Positions 40,001 through 53,010 of a stretch of 64,000 nt of DNA are shown piece by piece; positions within the stretch are counted from its first letter, which is position 1, and each line of letters starts with the position of its first letter. The stretch spans positions 25,918,001 through 25,982,000 of the forward strand of contig NC_087252.1 in NCBI RefSeq assembly GCF_037042905.1, read 5' to 3'. The notes beneath the pieces were generated by a model. It made no database searches, had not been told where the DNA came from, and was given only the letters and a program-made list of their open reading frames with translations. The DNA comes from Lytechinus pictus (lineage: Eukaryota). Made by a program: the position numbers and the translations under genes.

Positions 40001-41430
40001 TTTCGTTAATGACAAGTCTACTGCACCATGGGGTTGGTTCCTCAACCTTTGTCAAGATGTCTTGGTCGATCAGCTTGTCAAGTCCATCTTTTACTCTCTG
40101 CTTCATTACAGCTGGTACTGGCATGGCGTTACATTGAGTCGGGGTCACCTCGTCTCTGGTTATTAGCTTAGCCTTGCATTGTAGTTGACCTGGAGTATGC
40201 TCCTCAAAGATATAACTAAATCTGTCTCGGATGTCTTCAGGACTAACAACACGCACTTGTTTTAAGTTCCCTTAGTGCTCTGTTATGAACTTCATCTGCT
40301 CTGCAGCTCTAACACTGAGTAGTGGTACCAGGTCCTCCTTGACGACAATGGAATTTACCCTGTATTTCTTGTTGTTCTTAGTGTTGCATATCACAATTTT
40401 GGCCATACCGACTGCCGGCAGACGATCTTGGCTGTACATCTTTAGCATGATGTTCTCTCTGGTTATGTCTACTTCACTTGGTACAAAGGCTCTTTGGAAT
40501 GACGTTCACGGTGGCACCAGTCTATCTGAAAGTTTGGCGTCTTTTCTTTGATCCTCATTTCCACGAAAATTCCTTTAGACGGTTTAACGCCTGCGGCGTA
40601 CACCTCTATCTCGAGGGAGACGCTTTTAACCGTTTCTGTCTCAGACTCAGACTAGTTGTCTGCTGGGTCCTCTGGCTTTGCGCTATGAAACTCTTTCTTG
40701 TGCTTTGAGGATTTCTTGCGAAGTGGTTTTCTTTCCCAACTTTCTTGCATGTCTTCACATAGGCGGGACATTCTTTTTTCTTACGCCTATGAGCCTTTCC
40801 ACAAAACCTGTACTTGATAAGGTTTTCTTTTTCATTCTTTCGTCTTTCACTCCTCGTCCACTGCTTTATTACATGTGACTTTTCTACCCTGCGGATCATC
40901 TCCATTGACTTTCATTTGGGAGGCAGTGATTTCTGATGAGCGACAAATGTCTGTCTTTCCTCTGGATGAGGGTTTTCCTTGTTGCAGCATCAGCAAAACC
41001 CAACACATTTCGATCCCTGATAAGGATTTCCTTCAGACAGTCACAGAACTTGTAGGTCTTGGGTAGTTGTTAAAAGTCTGTCAAATATACTTCTATGCTT
41101 CACCTTGTCTCTGGTCTCTTTTGTTGAATATAAATCTTTCATATATCTCATTTGTCTCTCCAATAATGACAGAGTTCATCTTTCGAATAATGACTTCAAC
41201 TTTCTTGTCATCTCCATCTCTCTCGAAAGTAATTGCATTGAAGATTTTCATAACTTCAGGACCTGCTGTATGGAGGAACACAGCTCTCTGATATTCACTG
41301 TCCTTTTCCTTTAGCTTCGTAATGACCTCATAATTTCCATGCATTTGTTCGAACATCTTCGATTCCTCCACCCTATCTTCCTTAAGCTTTAGGGGTGGTG
41401 GTGCTACATGAAAAATTGTGCCTCAGCCAT
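37050..41430 (-). mobile_element. Decayed Ty3/Gypsy retrotransposon internal region (gag-PR-RT-RH-INT; Mag/SURL-like)
   Basis: Gag (YERFIFNKRDQ, Zn knuckles RFCGKAH..CPAY..C), protease TGATVNV, RT (TPWCS, TDDII), RNase H (ASKSGFGSVLLQ, YAKIEMETLA), integrase (GIPSTVLSDNGP, QANGKVEAAVK, LRRNR). Many frameshifts; LTRs not identified. Confidence 0.92.
37396..37936. mobile_element. ttcgtaattccgaagg foldback-type element, copy 2, inserted in the Gypsy integrase 3' end
   Basis: 9-bp TSD gaggcatac (37387-37395, 37937-37945); same termini as 14598-14978 in the opposite orientation. Confidence 0.85.
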
Positions 41431-42049
41431 GTTTGTGTTATGTGTATGATTTTATCTGTTGTCTATTGTGTCACTTGTAACAGCCAATTATTCACTCTTT
41501 GCTATGTAATAATGTAGGGGTATGTGACAAACCAGTTCCTACTCTAGACAAAAGACGGGTATATACAAAATTACGTAAACTAAAATATGCACATTAATAA
41601 GGATAACACACGTTCGCACAATGGCGGACTATCTGGTACCCACAATGCCATGACAACTCTTAAACTATACAGAGGTGGTCTGAAATACTTTACAGGAACC
41701 TCCCTGTCTAGATCACATCTAATAGTACGCACTTCTGGAACAAAACATTGAGATTCTTCTACCGACAATAGCGAAGACATTCAAGACCTCTTGGATTCTG
41801 TACGTTTGTGGCTATTTCACTTCTAGTTCTATTCGATTACCTGTAACTTCTAACATTAAACATGATAAGATCTACAAGTAGGTCTAATAAACTTGCACTA
41901 CGTATCACACTGGTACAGTAGAATTCCAAACAAAACGGAGCATATCATACAAGTGTATATCTCAAGACTGGACAAGAAGAAAGAAGTATTGCATATCACC
42001 AATAAATAATTTAACAACTGACCTTTAGTACATTTACAGTTCCAAATCT

Positions 42050-42450
42050 TGTTAGATGTATGCTCTTGAAGTTTAGGTCTTTTGAACACCAGTTTCAAAT
42101 ATAAATGTAAACAAAGCTCAGACTCTAAACCTTAGTCACACACATCAAGTCCCTTTTCATTTTCAAGAGGTAATAACATTAGTTTTGCGCCTGGGCATGC
42201 ATAGCCCAATAATCTAGACAGAGGCTGCAGTGTCTTAATGTCTTTGCTGTTATGCAGAACGCAAGAAATACGTCTGATCTGGCGAAGACAATAACTGCAG
42301 CCTCCGCCTACATTATATGCTAGGGTATGCACTTCGAACGACAAGTAGATCCAGATCTGTTACACGAGACCAAAGTCCAATTCCGACAGTATACACATCG
42401 AGAAACTCACTGTCAGCGTTACTTGCATGTAGGACGGGCCACAGTTAGCA
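42050..42450 (-). mobile_element. Highly decayed L2/CR1-like LINE 3' fragment
   Basis: YCLRQIRRI...LSRL.GY resembles the LRxIRR...LSRLDY region of L2 ORF2. Confidence 0.4.
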
Positions 42451-42602
42451 TAATCAGAAGTAGATCTAACTTTGATCAGATTCAGCAAGTAGACTAGGTG
42501 AGTAGGTCTGAATACACAGCACATTGGTCCATCATACATGTCATAAGTCCTTTCAAATCAAATGACGTTCTCTATTCTGTTCACTTCAAGTCCGAGGCTG
42601 TA

Positions 42603-42764
42603 CAGGGGCTGCGGAAGCGGGAGGGGGGGGCTGGGGGGCTTCAGCCCCCCCCCCCCCCTTTCCAAAGCCTCGTACAAAATAACGTAAGAATGACCATATG
42701 ATTGCGATTTTGTTCATGGTCAGCCCCCCCCCCCCCCACTTTGAAATCCGTTCCGCGGCCCCTG
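42603..42764. mobile_element. GC-rich MITE (caggggc...gcccctg)
   Basis: caggggctgcggaa / ttccgcggcccctg TIRs, poly-G/poly-C interior, ctgta on both flanks. Confidence 0.65.
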
Positions 42765-44801
42765 CTGTAAACTTCTGATGTCAAAATTGTAAACCCAGCT
42801 CAGTCAGGATGGTCATTCACATAAGAGTCATGCTTGCATACATCACGTCCATTTCCTTACAAATGTAGAATATAGATGTTTGGCAGTCGAGCTCAAAGAT
42901 AGCTTCCATTCCGATACGATAGACTAATGCAGTTCAAATGCATACATATACGGCGTCAGACTCAAAGTGGTTCCTGGTCCAGTCCTCACACGATCGGCAC
43001 AACAGAAGAAAATCCCGCTTCACCTCAGATTCGGCCTCTGAGGACGATCACAATTGTTGGGGACGGTTCGACAAGCTTATCTCGGGTAAAACCTGTACTG
43101 GTTCCAAAATATGTGACTTTATTTGACCGTCTCATGCCATTTTGGTAATATTGGCAAATTTTGGACCAAATATGACAATTTTTATCTGCGGAAAATGGTC
43201 CCTTATTAACAGAATGATTTTGTAACCACATCCAATCAAAAGGGGTTATCCTAAGTTTCAGAATTACGATTGAATTTCTTTAGAAATCAAAATTTAATGT
43301 TAAAATGTGTGCTGGATCATAACAATCAACCTCACGTAACTTTATTTATTTGTAGTTTTATTTATACAAGGAAGCATTTTCAGTTTCAGAACTGCTTTCC
43401 GCAACAGCCCTTTCCACATAACACAAAATTTGTTACAATTGATATTGATATGATACTGAATCAGTAATATTTACATAATCAATAGCACAATTTCATATTC
43501 GCATATATAGGTGTGCGTCGTGGTCTAGTGGTTCTGACTCTCGCCTTTCAAATAGAGAGCTTTTCTTCAGCAAGAAATTTATCCTAGATTCTAATTGTTT
43601 CATATGATATACGTAGAATCATAATCACCATTTGCGCTCAAATTGTTAAAGTCGGCCTTTCATCTTATCTTGTTTGTAAGAATAAACTATGATATACCAA
43701 AATATCAGAATTTAGAGGGAACTACCCCCTAAAACGAGAAATCAGCTTTTATTGGCCCAATGATGAAAATGAGGGTGAAAATATTTTTCCACCCCCTATT
43801 TTTTTTATGCTTCCGCTCTCAATGTTCCTTTCCTCTGACTGGCAACCATCGTCCATTATGAATAGCGACGCTTTCTTCTATTTATGACTAGCGAACCTCT
43901 TCCACAATTATGACTGGCAACCCCCTTCTACTATTATGACTAGCGACTCTCATCCCCCATTATGACAGGCGACCCTTATGATCAATGTACCATTTTTCTT
44001 TTTTTGACTAGCAACCATCTAGTATTATGAATACCGACTTAAAAATAATTACCAGCTAGTCTTACTTCATTATTAATGCTATTCCGCATTTGGATACTTA
44101 CAATTACTACTTTTCAAAATCAATGTGTGTAAAGGAATTTATACATTGTTCCCAAAGAAATTTGAAAACAGAATTCCATGACTTTTCCATGACTAAATTG
44201 CTGCTTTCCATGACTTGCTTTCTGGCACGGTTTCCAAAATCAGACACATTATGACGGCCTCCATAACCTCCCCTCACAGCCACCCATTCCACCCACTACC
44301 TTACTCATGACATGTGCATCTACATGTATTATCATTGGTATAATGGTCTGTTTATTATAATATAATAATTTAATTATCATTCAATTCTAACTTCAATTTA
44401 ATTAACTTCAATCTCTGTCATTTCACAATCATCAATTAGTAATGCATAAAAAAAATTACATTTCTCCTTGTAATTATTATTGAAGTTACTTTGTCATCAT
44501 ACCATTTAAATCGAATTTTGATAATGCTATTCCACAATTCGTGCCCTAGATGCTATTATAAGTATTATTAAATGTTATGAATTATGTATTTCATTTGAAT
44601 ATATTGATTCATGTTTACTTAGCTCTTGAGGAGCGTGTATAGCGACCGCAACTCAGAGTGCTGATTTTTTGTAGTTCAAATTTGAACTAGATAAATCAGC
44701 AGTCCGAAGTGCATTTACTATATTATATATTATATACATGCTCCTAAATACATGTAGATAAATTATAGCTCTTTATTTTTAGAGTGTATATAGATAGATA
44801 G

Positions 44802-44834
<33 letters not shown>

Positions 44835-45534
44835 TAAGAGAGAAATTACTCTATCAAAACATCATCAAAATCTATTGGAAAAATGCATGATAAAGCATTA
44901 GATGTGTAATGAAAAGAGTTGATGTATACATTAATACTAACAGACCAAAGAGTAGACGGGTCGTGTGGTCCAGTGGTTAGAGCATTGGACTCATATTCGC
45001 AAGGATGTGAGTTCGGATCCCTACTCTGCCATTGTCTCCACTTTTATAAGAAAAAAAGGACCGGAGAGTAATTTCTCTCGTCTATAAGTTCACTATGACT
45101 GATTAACCAAGACGTAAAATGTTTACTAGGTAATTGGTTATATACAAGCTTGGCGTTTACCAGCAGAGCGCTGTCCGGTCGAGTTCTTACGGGAGTTACC
45201 ATAAACAGAAACAGAAAGAGACATCCCAGAGGAACAGCACATAATCTGTGACATTTTCTGTAAACCAGTGTCAACCCTTTTTATAGAGTCATCGTTTCCT
45301 GCAATTTCAGGAAATTATGTCTCTTTGCTTAAGCAAAGATGCTATGCCCTGATTGGAATATCATGATTTTTTCAATGGGAGTTTGACTATCGCGAGAAAC
45401 ATACCACCTCACATTCCTTTGTAAATGTGACTTTTAATTAAATCATGATACTCAATTCTATAAGTATTTCTGCATTAAATAGGCCTATAAGTGCATTTAT
45501 CACATGTGCTCATGTTTATTTCTAGAAAACTTAC

Positions 45535-45621
45535 CTTGTGTGCCATCATTGTGGGTATGTCGACGTTTCCATATCCAACAAATGAAAACCACTGCTGCTG
45601 TCCCACTGAGAACTATCGGAA
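45535..45621 (-). CDS. Copy B exon 4: transmembrane helix plus basic stop-transfer (VPIVLSGTAAVVFICWIWKRRHTHNDGTQ)
   Basis: Poly-T tract + gcag acceptor, gtaagt donor, 87 bp, phase 1-1, no stop codon. Confidence 0.88.
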
Positions 45622-45739
45622 CTGCAAAAAAAAAAAAAAATTATGAGCCAAAATGGTGAAATTTTGTTTTTGTATAAGTGATGTTAGTATATTAAAAGAT
45701 TATCTAAGCACATTCTCCACACGTATCCTTCCTTTCAGA

Positions 45740-45944
45740 AATAGGCGGTGGAAGCGTAGGGGGGGGGCGGGGGGGGGGGCCTGTCCCCCCTAAATTTGAG
45801 GTGGGGGGACGATCCCCCCTAAAATCTTTTATTGATAACTTTTTTTTGCTTGTCAATTTTGTTTCCTGCGTCCCCCCTAAATTCAGGTGGACCCCCTGAA
45901 ATTTTATGCCCCCCCCCTAAATTCTTTGGCTTCCGCCGCCAATG
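45740..45944. mobile_element. hAT-like MITE in intron
   Basis: taggcggtggaagc / gcttccgccgccaatg TIRs; flanks ctttcaga / ctttcagg (7 of 8 match). Confidence 0.65.
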
Positions 45945-46054
45945 CTTTCAGGAAAGCATAGTATTTGTTGCTGGGGAAGCATTTTTAGGTCAACAGCATT
46001 TCGTGCTGATGCATAATGTTTTATTAAGTGGATGGGAAAGAAATTGAACATTAC

Positions 46055-46480
46055 CGATCTTCACTGCTCTGATGGCACCATGGCTCTTTTCTTTTACAGT
46101 CTCGACAGTTACTGGAATTGTTTCCGAGGGAATAAAAATAGATGATTCCACCAACATGACCAAGATCGATGCGGCTTTCCGTTCTCTCGACCCGGGTACA
46201 TCTGATGCAACACATGTGTATAAGGTTTCACTTGGGCTAGCCTCGATGGAAATCAACATGTTTTTTGTTGAATCAACATTAGTTTGCTCCACCTGATTTA
46301 TGGTAGTCAGCTGTTTAGTTCCATGCAGGAAGAAAAGTTCTATATCAGGATAGTAATTAGTCACCGAGCAGGTTAAGTTAATAGTTCGGTTGGCCAGGAC
46401 ACTGCAAGACTCCGGGTTGCTGGCGGACGACACATTATTAAAACACCCATTGATAACTGGAAAGGGTTCTTTCGGGGGAG
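46055..46480 (-). CDS. Ig-receptor copy B, exon 3: C-type Ig domain plus stalk
   Basis: ttttag acceptor, gtaatg donor, 426 bp, phase 1-1. NLTCSVTNYYPDIELFF...YTCVASD...AVKI. Confidence 0.88.
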
Positions 46481-46960
46481 CTAAAAGATTGAAGAAAAAA
46501 TGAATGCATTAAAGATTTATATCACCTTCGTGCAATCATTATAACATTAATGCTTCTCATGCTATGTTTTAGCATTAATATCAGCATTCCTTGTAATTTT
46601 TTTAAGACTTAGAGTTGCATTATCTTACATGTTCAACACAGCAGAAAGACATGCAAATAGATCAAAATACCTTTTAATAAGTATTGTCTCTGCAAAATAC
46701 ACATTTAAAACTATTCAAACGGCCAAAACAATATAAGAGATATATTAGATTTCATTTTCAACAAGTCGCGCATAGTTACCGGGAATGCTTATAACATTTC
46801 CTTTTATTTGAGGATAAAGAGCATATTATGTTCCATGGACTTGATGCCAATATCATCTAGCTCCACTGTACCCCCAACCTATATTTATCTGGTAAAAATG
46901 TTTACCTTGATATCTTTCTAATCTACAGGAAAAAGGACAGCTATGGTGAGGAACTCTTAC

Positions 46961-47308
46961 CATATAAACTGACATCTGTAAAGTTGTGTATGACGTTCCC
47001 CTTGTAGTTCGCAACTCTGCATGTATATCGACCTCTCTCTGCAAAAGCGACTTCTTTGATGACCAAGGAATAATTTTCATTCATCTCCATGATTTCACAT
47101 ACCCTTTGACCTTCACATTTACCGGTGACGTCATCAGTTGGAATCCATGAGACAAGGTTTGGTGCATTTCTTGGGTCGTCACCTTTTTTCCAGTAGACAG
47201 CCAATGGTGAACCTCTAAACCGGCATGTCAAAACTGCTCTGTCTCCTATTCTTACATCTTTGTGTAACTCAGTGTAGACAACATCATCAGGAACATCACC
47301 ACGAGTCC
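46961..47308 (-). CDS. Ig-receptor copy B, exon 2: V-set Ig domain
   Basis: 348 bp, phase 1-1, same boundaries as copy A. LTCRF..VYWKK..ERGRYTCRV. Confidence 0.9.
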
Positions 47309-48260
47309 CTAAATGAACAAATTTTGTTATTCACAACAATTAAATAGACCTGCATTTATTGTAATATGCGTTGTCACATTTCATTCCTTTAAACAGATTA
47401 CGCGTGAAATTGTCATAATTTTATAAATATTTTTGGAAAAGTAATGTTATAAAAACATAGGGAACTTATTTTACTTACATCGAAAGTGTCAAAATTATAT
47501 AATATTTATGATTTCGTGTAATAACATAAACAAGAGGAAAGAGTTGATATGACATCAACCCACCTAATGAATATTCATGAAAAATATTAATACTGAAATA
47601 AAATTAAATAAGTTTTTGCCATCTGATTTTGATGAGATTTTCAGCATTTTGCTCTGTTTAATTTTGGTTTATTCAGATATAATTAATCTTAGTCTGAAGT
47701 ACCCCTTTCACGCATTGCATTACGAGCATTGTAATAAAAAAGCAGGATAATAAAAATGACTTTATCTTGTTGAAATACACAATAGCTATCTGGAATACAT
47801 TGTATTTATCATGATAGAAATAATTTTACTGCTTGAGTGAACTAAGTGTGATTCATAAACTCAATTTAAATGTTCACTTGAATTAATCATGTACCAGTAC
47901 TAAACCTGTAAGATATTTTAATCCTAGAATAAATGAGAAGTAATTCAGAATGATTTACCATAGTAAAATACTATGCAATAATATCTGAAACGGTTTATGG
48001 AATGACTTTCAAAATCATTGTGGGAAATCAAAATCTTTGTTGATTTGTTTGTATATGTTGTACAACCTGAAACTCATGCCATTTTATCAGTAACATTTGA
48101 TCACCTTTTAATATAAAATGGGTGCTCACATTTCTAAGCTATGACATTTCAAAACTTAAATTTGTTAAGGAATTTATGGTTGACGACGCTGCTGCCCTCC
48201 GACAAGTGGCAACTTGTCTTGCTTCTGCTTTGCAAGCGAGACAAACAGCAGTTTCCTTAC

Positions 48261-48291
48261 CGATACAGTAGAAAGTAATGAGTATAAGCAT
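48261..48291 (-). CDS. Ig-receptor copy B, first coding exon (signal peptide MLILITFYCI-G)
   Basis: ATG preceded by in-frame stops, gtaagg donor. An upstream acceptor at ~48390 (also at ~4339 in copy A) implies a non-coding first exon. Confidence 0.7.
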
Positions 48292-50700
48292 TAACAAATA
48301 CTATTACAGGACCTTTTTTTATATAAGGACGATCAAATACTAATAAAAGACAATCTTATAATAGCTTGTCCAAAACCTTCACCACTAACCTGTAAAGAAC
48401 ATGAAGGAGCAAACGTTCAAAACACATAATATCCAGAGAACCAGTCGTTTTCTTTTGGGAACCGCCATCTTCAGCTATGCGGCATGGTGAGACATGATCT
48501 ACAGTATAAAGCTGTATTCACTTGGATCAGTGCATCATGAGCAAATATCAATGTTTACATTATGATTTATGGGCCCATCATTTACCATACATCTGTTAAT
48601 ATAAATCTATGCGCAATGCAAGTTCGAACAAGCTTTGATAAAGTTAATGATTGCTTATTTGATACTTCAATCATATATATATATAATGAGATATGTATCC
48701 TGATCATAATTTTTTTGAATACTTCAGGGCAGTACTGATAATAAAATTCCATGGTCCTCCATTGTATGGATTCCTACTCTTGCTTTCAACAAATGTGACC
48801 TCAAACGTGAAAAGAAAGGGCATGGTGGCATCTGACGAGAAGCAATATATGTATTATATATATATATATATAAATGTGTAAAGTTATACATGTACAACAA
48901 CTTTTGGCAACTCTTTTTTATTTAAATATTGTAAAGAAATGGATGAAGAGAACAAAGGTAGGCGTAGCTTAAATCAAGGTTCCCCAGAGCTATCTACCCT
49001 TTGGAAAAAATGGAGATGCCGAAAAAATGTCTCTGCCGGGAATCGAACCCGGGCCACAGCTTTGAACGCCGGTGCCTTAACCACTATACCACAGAGACGG
49101 GTAAGCGGCTAGGTCGACCCCGATCTGATTGACCGTCAGATAGACAGATTTTCGACACCATGCCAATTATAATTTCCTTTGTCGGGTGAAGGTGGGTTTT
49201 GAACAATGACAGGCCGCCATATATATATGAATATAATTTTTGTACAGGGATACTTGAAATATGTTGTGTTATTTACAAAATGTACAATACAAACTGTAAT
49301 TGTTGAAATTGGAAATAAACGAAATGAAATGAAATTCTCCCAACTCCCAGTTTAACGCAATGCATATTTGACATCATTCAAAAGATCATTTAATTGTCTC
49401 TGAAATAATACCCTACATGATATTATTATGGTTCACATGGAGGTGCAGGGCCTTGAAATGTGGGGCAAGGTCAAATTTCAGAAGTTGCAAAATGACCCAA
49501 TATTGAAAGTCACTGTTCCTTTTTTCCGTAGTGATGAGTAAGTTTCTCAGCGGTTTCTTTTGTTTTCATCCACGTTAACTAGTCTGCTGGGCAAACCCAT
49601 CACTCGAGTTAAGAGTCTGAATGTGCAGCCTACTCATGCCTTGTGTACTGAAAGCTCAACAGCAAGTTTTTTACGTGCTAGTCTTTGCATGGAGGCACAC
49701 TTGTTGATCAAAGCTCCAATCAGGGTCTGTGCTTGCAGACTACACGTTAACATCGACATTAACGTGGAATCAAACACACCTCTGCACAAGCAATTTCATA
49801 ACAAACAAACAAACAAACAAACAAACAAACATGCATGGTTATTTCAAACCACGACTCAAAGTTTAATATTAGAGTGGAGGGTTGAGAGATCAATCGTATA
49901 TATGAGCTGATAATGTGTTTCTCTGAATGTAAACAATCATACTTTATCTACAAGTGTTTGCTTATTGCAATATTTTATTTATCTAATCACAGACCCAAAT
50001 TTAGGGGCGTTAGTATCATTAGCCTTGTTACTGATTAACCTTGTTTAACATAATTCATGAGGTCTACCTGCTATGGTCATGGGCAGCGTTTCATGAAAAA
50101 TGTCAACAATTACAAGTTGTCATTCACTGACAAGCTATAATAGAGTCAGAAACAAGACATTGACTCTGCCAATCAAAATCAAGAATATAAATAACACATC
50201 AACAGTAATAAATTTACAGAAGCAGCTTGTGCTACCAACTCGCACGAACGCCCCCATCCAGATCTAGACTAACTTCTTTTCTACCTTCTCTCCTCAATCT
50301 TCTGTCTGTCATTACAGCTAATATCATCTCCACCATTCGTTTCCTTCCCAGACTTCTTTACATCCTTGTTGATTGAAAATACAATTAATTTGTAAACTGG
50401 TTCAACACTCCAAACATGTGAATCTGAATCCTTGCTGGCCATTGAAAAATACAACACATGAATGCATCAAATTAACAGTTGATGGTGGTATTTGTTCATC
50501 ACTCTGGATGATTGAGTATGCTTCTTAGAAATAAAGAAAAATGTTTCTTAAACATACGTATAAGAAGTAAAGGAAAATAATAGTGACAAAGAAGTCGAAT
50601 GAAACAATGGTTTAAAAATATTTTCTCCTGTACAAATCATTTGACTAAAAATTTTCTTCGCAAATTAAAGTCATGATTAATTATCCAGCCTTAGTTCAAT

Positions 50701-51187
50701 CCCGGGGGGGGGGGGGCACTCAGTATATAATGCATAGTGGGTATGTGCCGCGGAGGGGACCCCCCCCCTTTTCACACTCAAATTTCCGATCCAAGGCATA
50801 TCATTTTTGTCTTATTGAGAAAAAGAATAAAGAAAGCCGCTCCAAAGCATAGCATTTTCTTCTTATCGAGAAAAAAGAAGAAAGATATCCGTTCCAAAGC
50901 TTCGCATATTTTCCGTTACGCCGTTCCGGTCGCATTGATCTGCTACGATGAGCCGCAATTTTGGCGAAAAGCGGCCGGAGAGCGCTGTCCGACTATCTCC
51001 TCTGCGCTAGCGCAGCCGGCACCCGTGCGCCGTGCAAGCTGCATGCACGTATGCCCGTTCCATTGGGATGCACACGCAGGCGACCCGTTCCAAGGACCCC
51101 CGTTTTCATAAACATTTGTAGTTCCGAAGCCCGTTCCGAGGACCCCTACCACTTTTTTTGTTGAGTGCCCCCCCCCCCCCCTCCGGG
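50701..51187. mobile_element. GC-rich MITE with cccgg(G)n-cactca TIRs
   Basis: cccgggggggggggggcactca / tgagtgcccccccccc..ccggg; 7-bp direct repeat gttcaat on both sides; absent at the paralogous site near 6425. Confidence 0.8.
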
Positions 51188-52149
51188 GTTCAATCAACTG
51201 AACAATTGATGTTGCAATGATCTTTTTTGGCAACATCAAATGAGAAGGCTATACATGCACCAAAACTTTTTTTATTTTACACAAATATTGCAAATTAAAT
51301 GTTGTAAATTAAACAAAGGTGGTCATCTTTATTTTTATTACATTAAGTCTCTCAGATATCACCCTCTGTAAAAAAAATATATTGTAAGGGTTTTTTTTCT
51401 TTCCTTTGCACTTTGATCTTTTTTGTACAAATGTTAAGACAATTTCATAAAATATTGTAGTGTACATATTTACATTTTGTGTCATATACTGTGTTTATTA
51501 TTCAATTTATGTATTGTCGAAAAATATGTATCATAGTCATTCAATAGAGGAACCCTGTGGAAGGGTTGAAATGAAAAAAAAAATGTGATAAAACAAATGA
51601 GTATCATTTATGTTAATTGCGAAATTAAGAGTCTGTGCCTGCGTACTAATCATTCGCTGTTACATAAAAATACAAAATCAGTGCATAGAGGCAAATATAT
51701 TCAATATTGTTTGTAACTTAATGTTACGATCTCTGGCAAATTTGAATGAAATCTCTGGTAAATTGCCAATTCGTACATTGCCTACGCATTCACTCGTCAC
51801 ATTGTCTACTTTCATTTAGTCTAATGCTATTCCATCCACCAACACCTCGTCCAACAACCATTTGGTAAAATCATCACTTCGTTTAATCACCAGTTCGTCA
51901 ATGGCCACTTCGTCTCAGTATTGTAGAATGAACCCTTCCCCTACAACTACGAGTTTTCGTTTTCTAGCATCCGGCACGGTTCTACGAGGGGGGGGGTTAG
52001 GAGGTCTCATTCAACTGCTAAGTTTTACTCAAAAATGTCCTTCCCGGTCACCATATTCCCGCGTTATATTTACTCGGTATATAACACTGTAATCAGTATT
52101 TATATAATTTACTGTTATGAACTGCTTTCTTCATGTAAGTTAACTTCTT

Positions 52150-53010
52150 TACCACTCCAAGGCCCTTGCCCTTATTCCAGAATGTGATTTTGGTATTAGT
52201 ATTTCATGGTCTATGGTATCATAAATATCCCAACGATCTGAAAATGGTTGTCGATAGCAGACGCTCTGTGATTTAGAAAGTATAAAATTGCATGGGTCGT
52301 GCAGTGTTTTGCCTAAAACCAAATTGTGAGTCAGATCAGATGTCAAAATTCCTTACAAATTTTGTTGCTCGACTAAACATTCCTTCACAAATTTGATAAA
52401 ATGATAATATAACGGGCATAGGCTTATAAATGAGTGACAAATTCAGGATGTCTTAATACTAATATCGCCAATTAGTATTTACTTATGCCACCATAGTTTG
52501 GGCTTTTTCAGGTTTAAGATCTTTTACCAATGTTATGATCTCATTTGCATCAGATGGAATAAGGAAAGAGGATTCGATTTTTTTTTTTAACGAATCGAAA
52601 GATTTGTTGGTGTGGTATGGCATTGCCAAGATTCTGATCGATATTTTAGAAATAATCATTCAAACTTTGTGGTATGGTTATCATGAACGACTGTCTTTGG
52701 TGATTCCAGCGTGGTTAATGTCATTCCGCTGCTTTGTTATTCAAAACATCATTATTTTTCACGTTGATATTATATCAGTTAAATTTGACTCGAATTGAAA
52801 CAAAAATAATTATTCTTTTTCGATCGCAAACGAGTTGTTTGAAACAGTTCCATTTTTGATGTCCCATTACTTTGAAGTTCTATTGTCTGAAGTATGAACA
52901 TTTAGTAAATGATTTATTGATATGATCTGGTAGATCTATCCTCCAAGCACATTTTTGAACCATTTTCAATTTGGATCTTTACATGCGAGACTACGATCTC
53001 CAACAGGTTG
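52150..53010 (-). mobile_element. Old CR1/L2-group LINE RT remnant
   Basis: YDTIDHEILI..GIRARALEW matches the AFDTxDHxIL..GIRG..LxW RT motif; the boundaries are approximate. Confidence 0.55.

Noticed and set aside
41430..41800. Gypsy 5' LTR and primer-binding site
   Set aside because: Only a weak tggca-type motif near 41650; no matching direct repeat found at the 3' side.
49311..49340. ISRE-like (GAAA)n motif upstream of copy B
   Set aside because: It follows aataaa and looks like the (tgaaa)n tail of a LINE 3' end; not shared with copy A.
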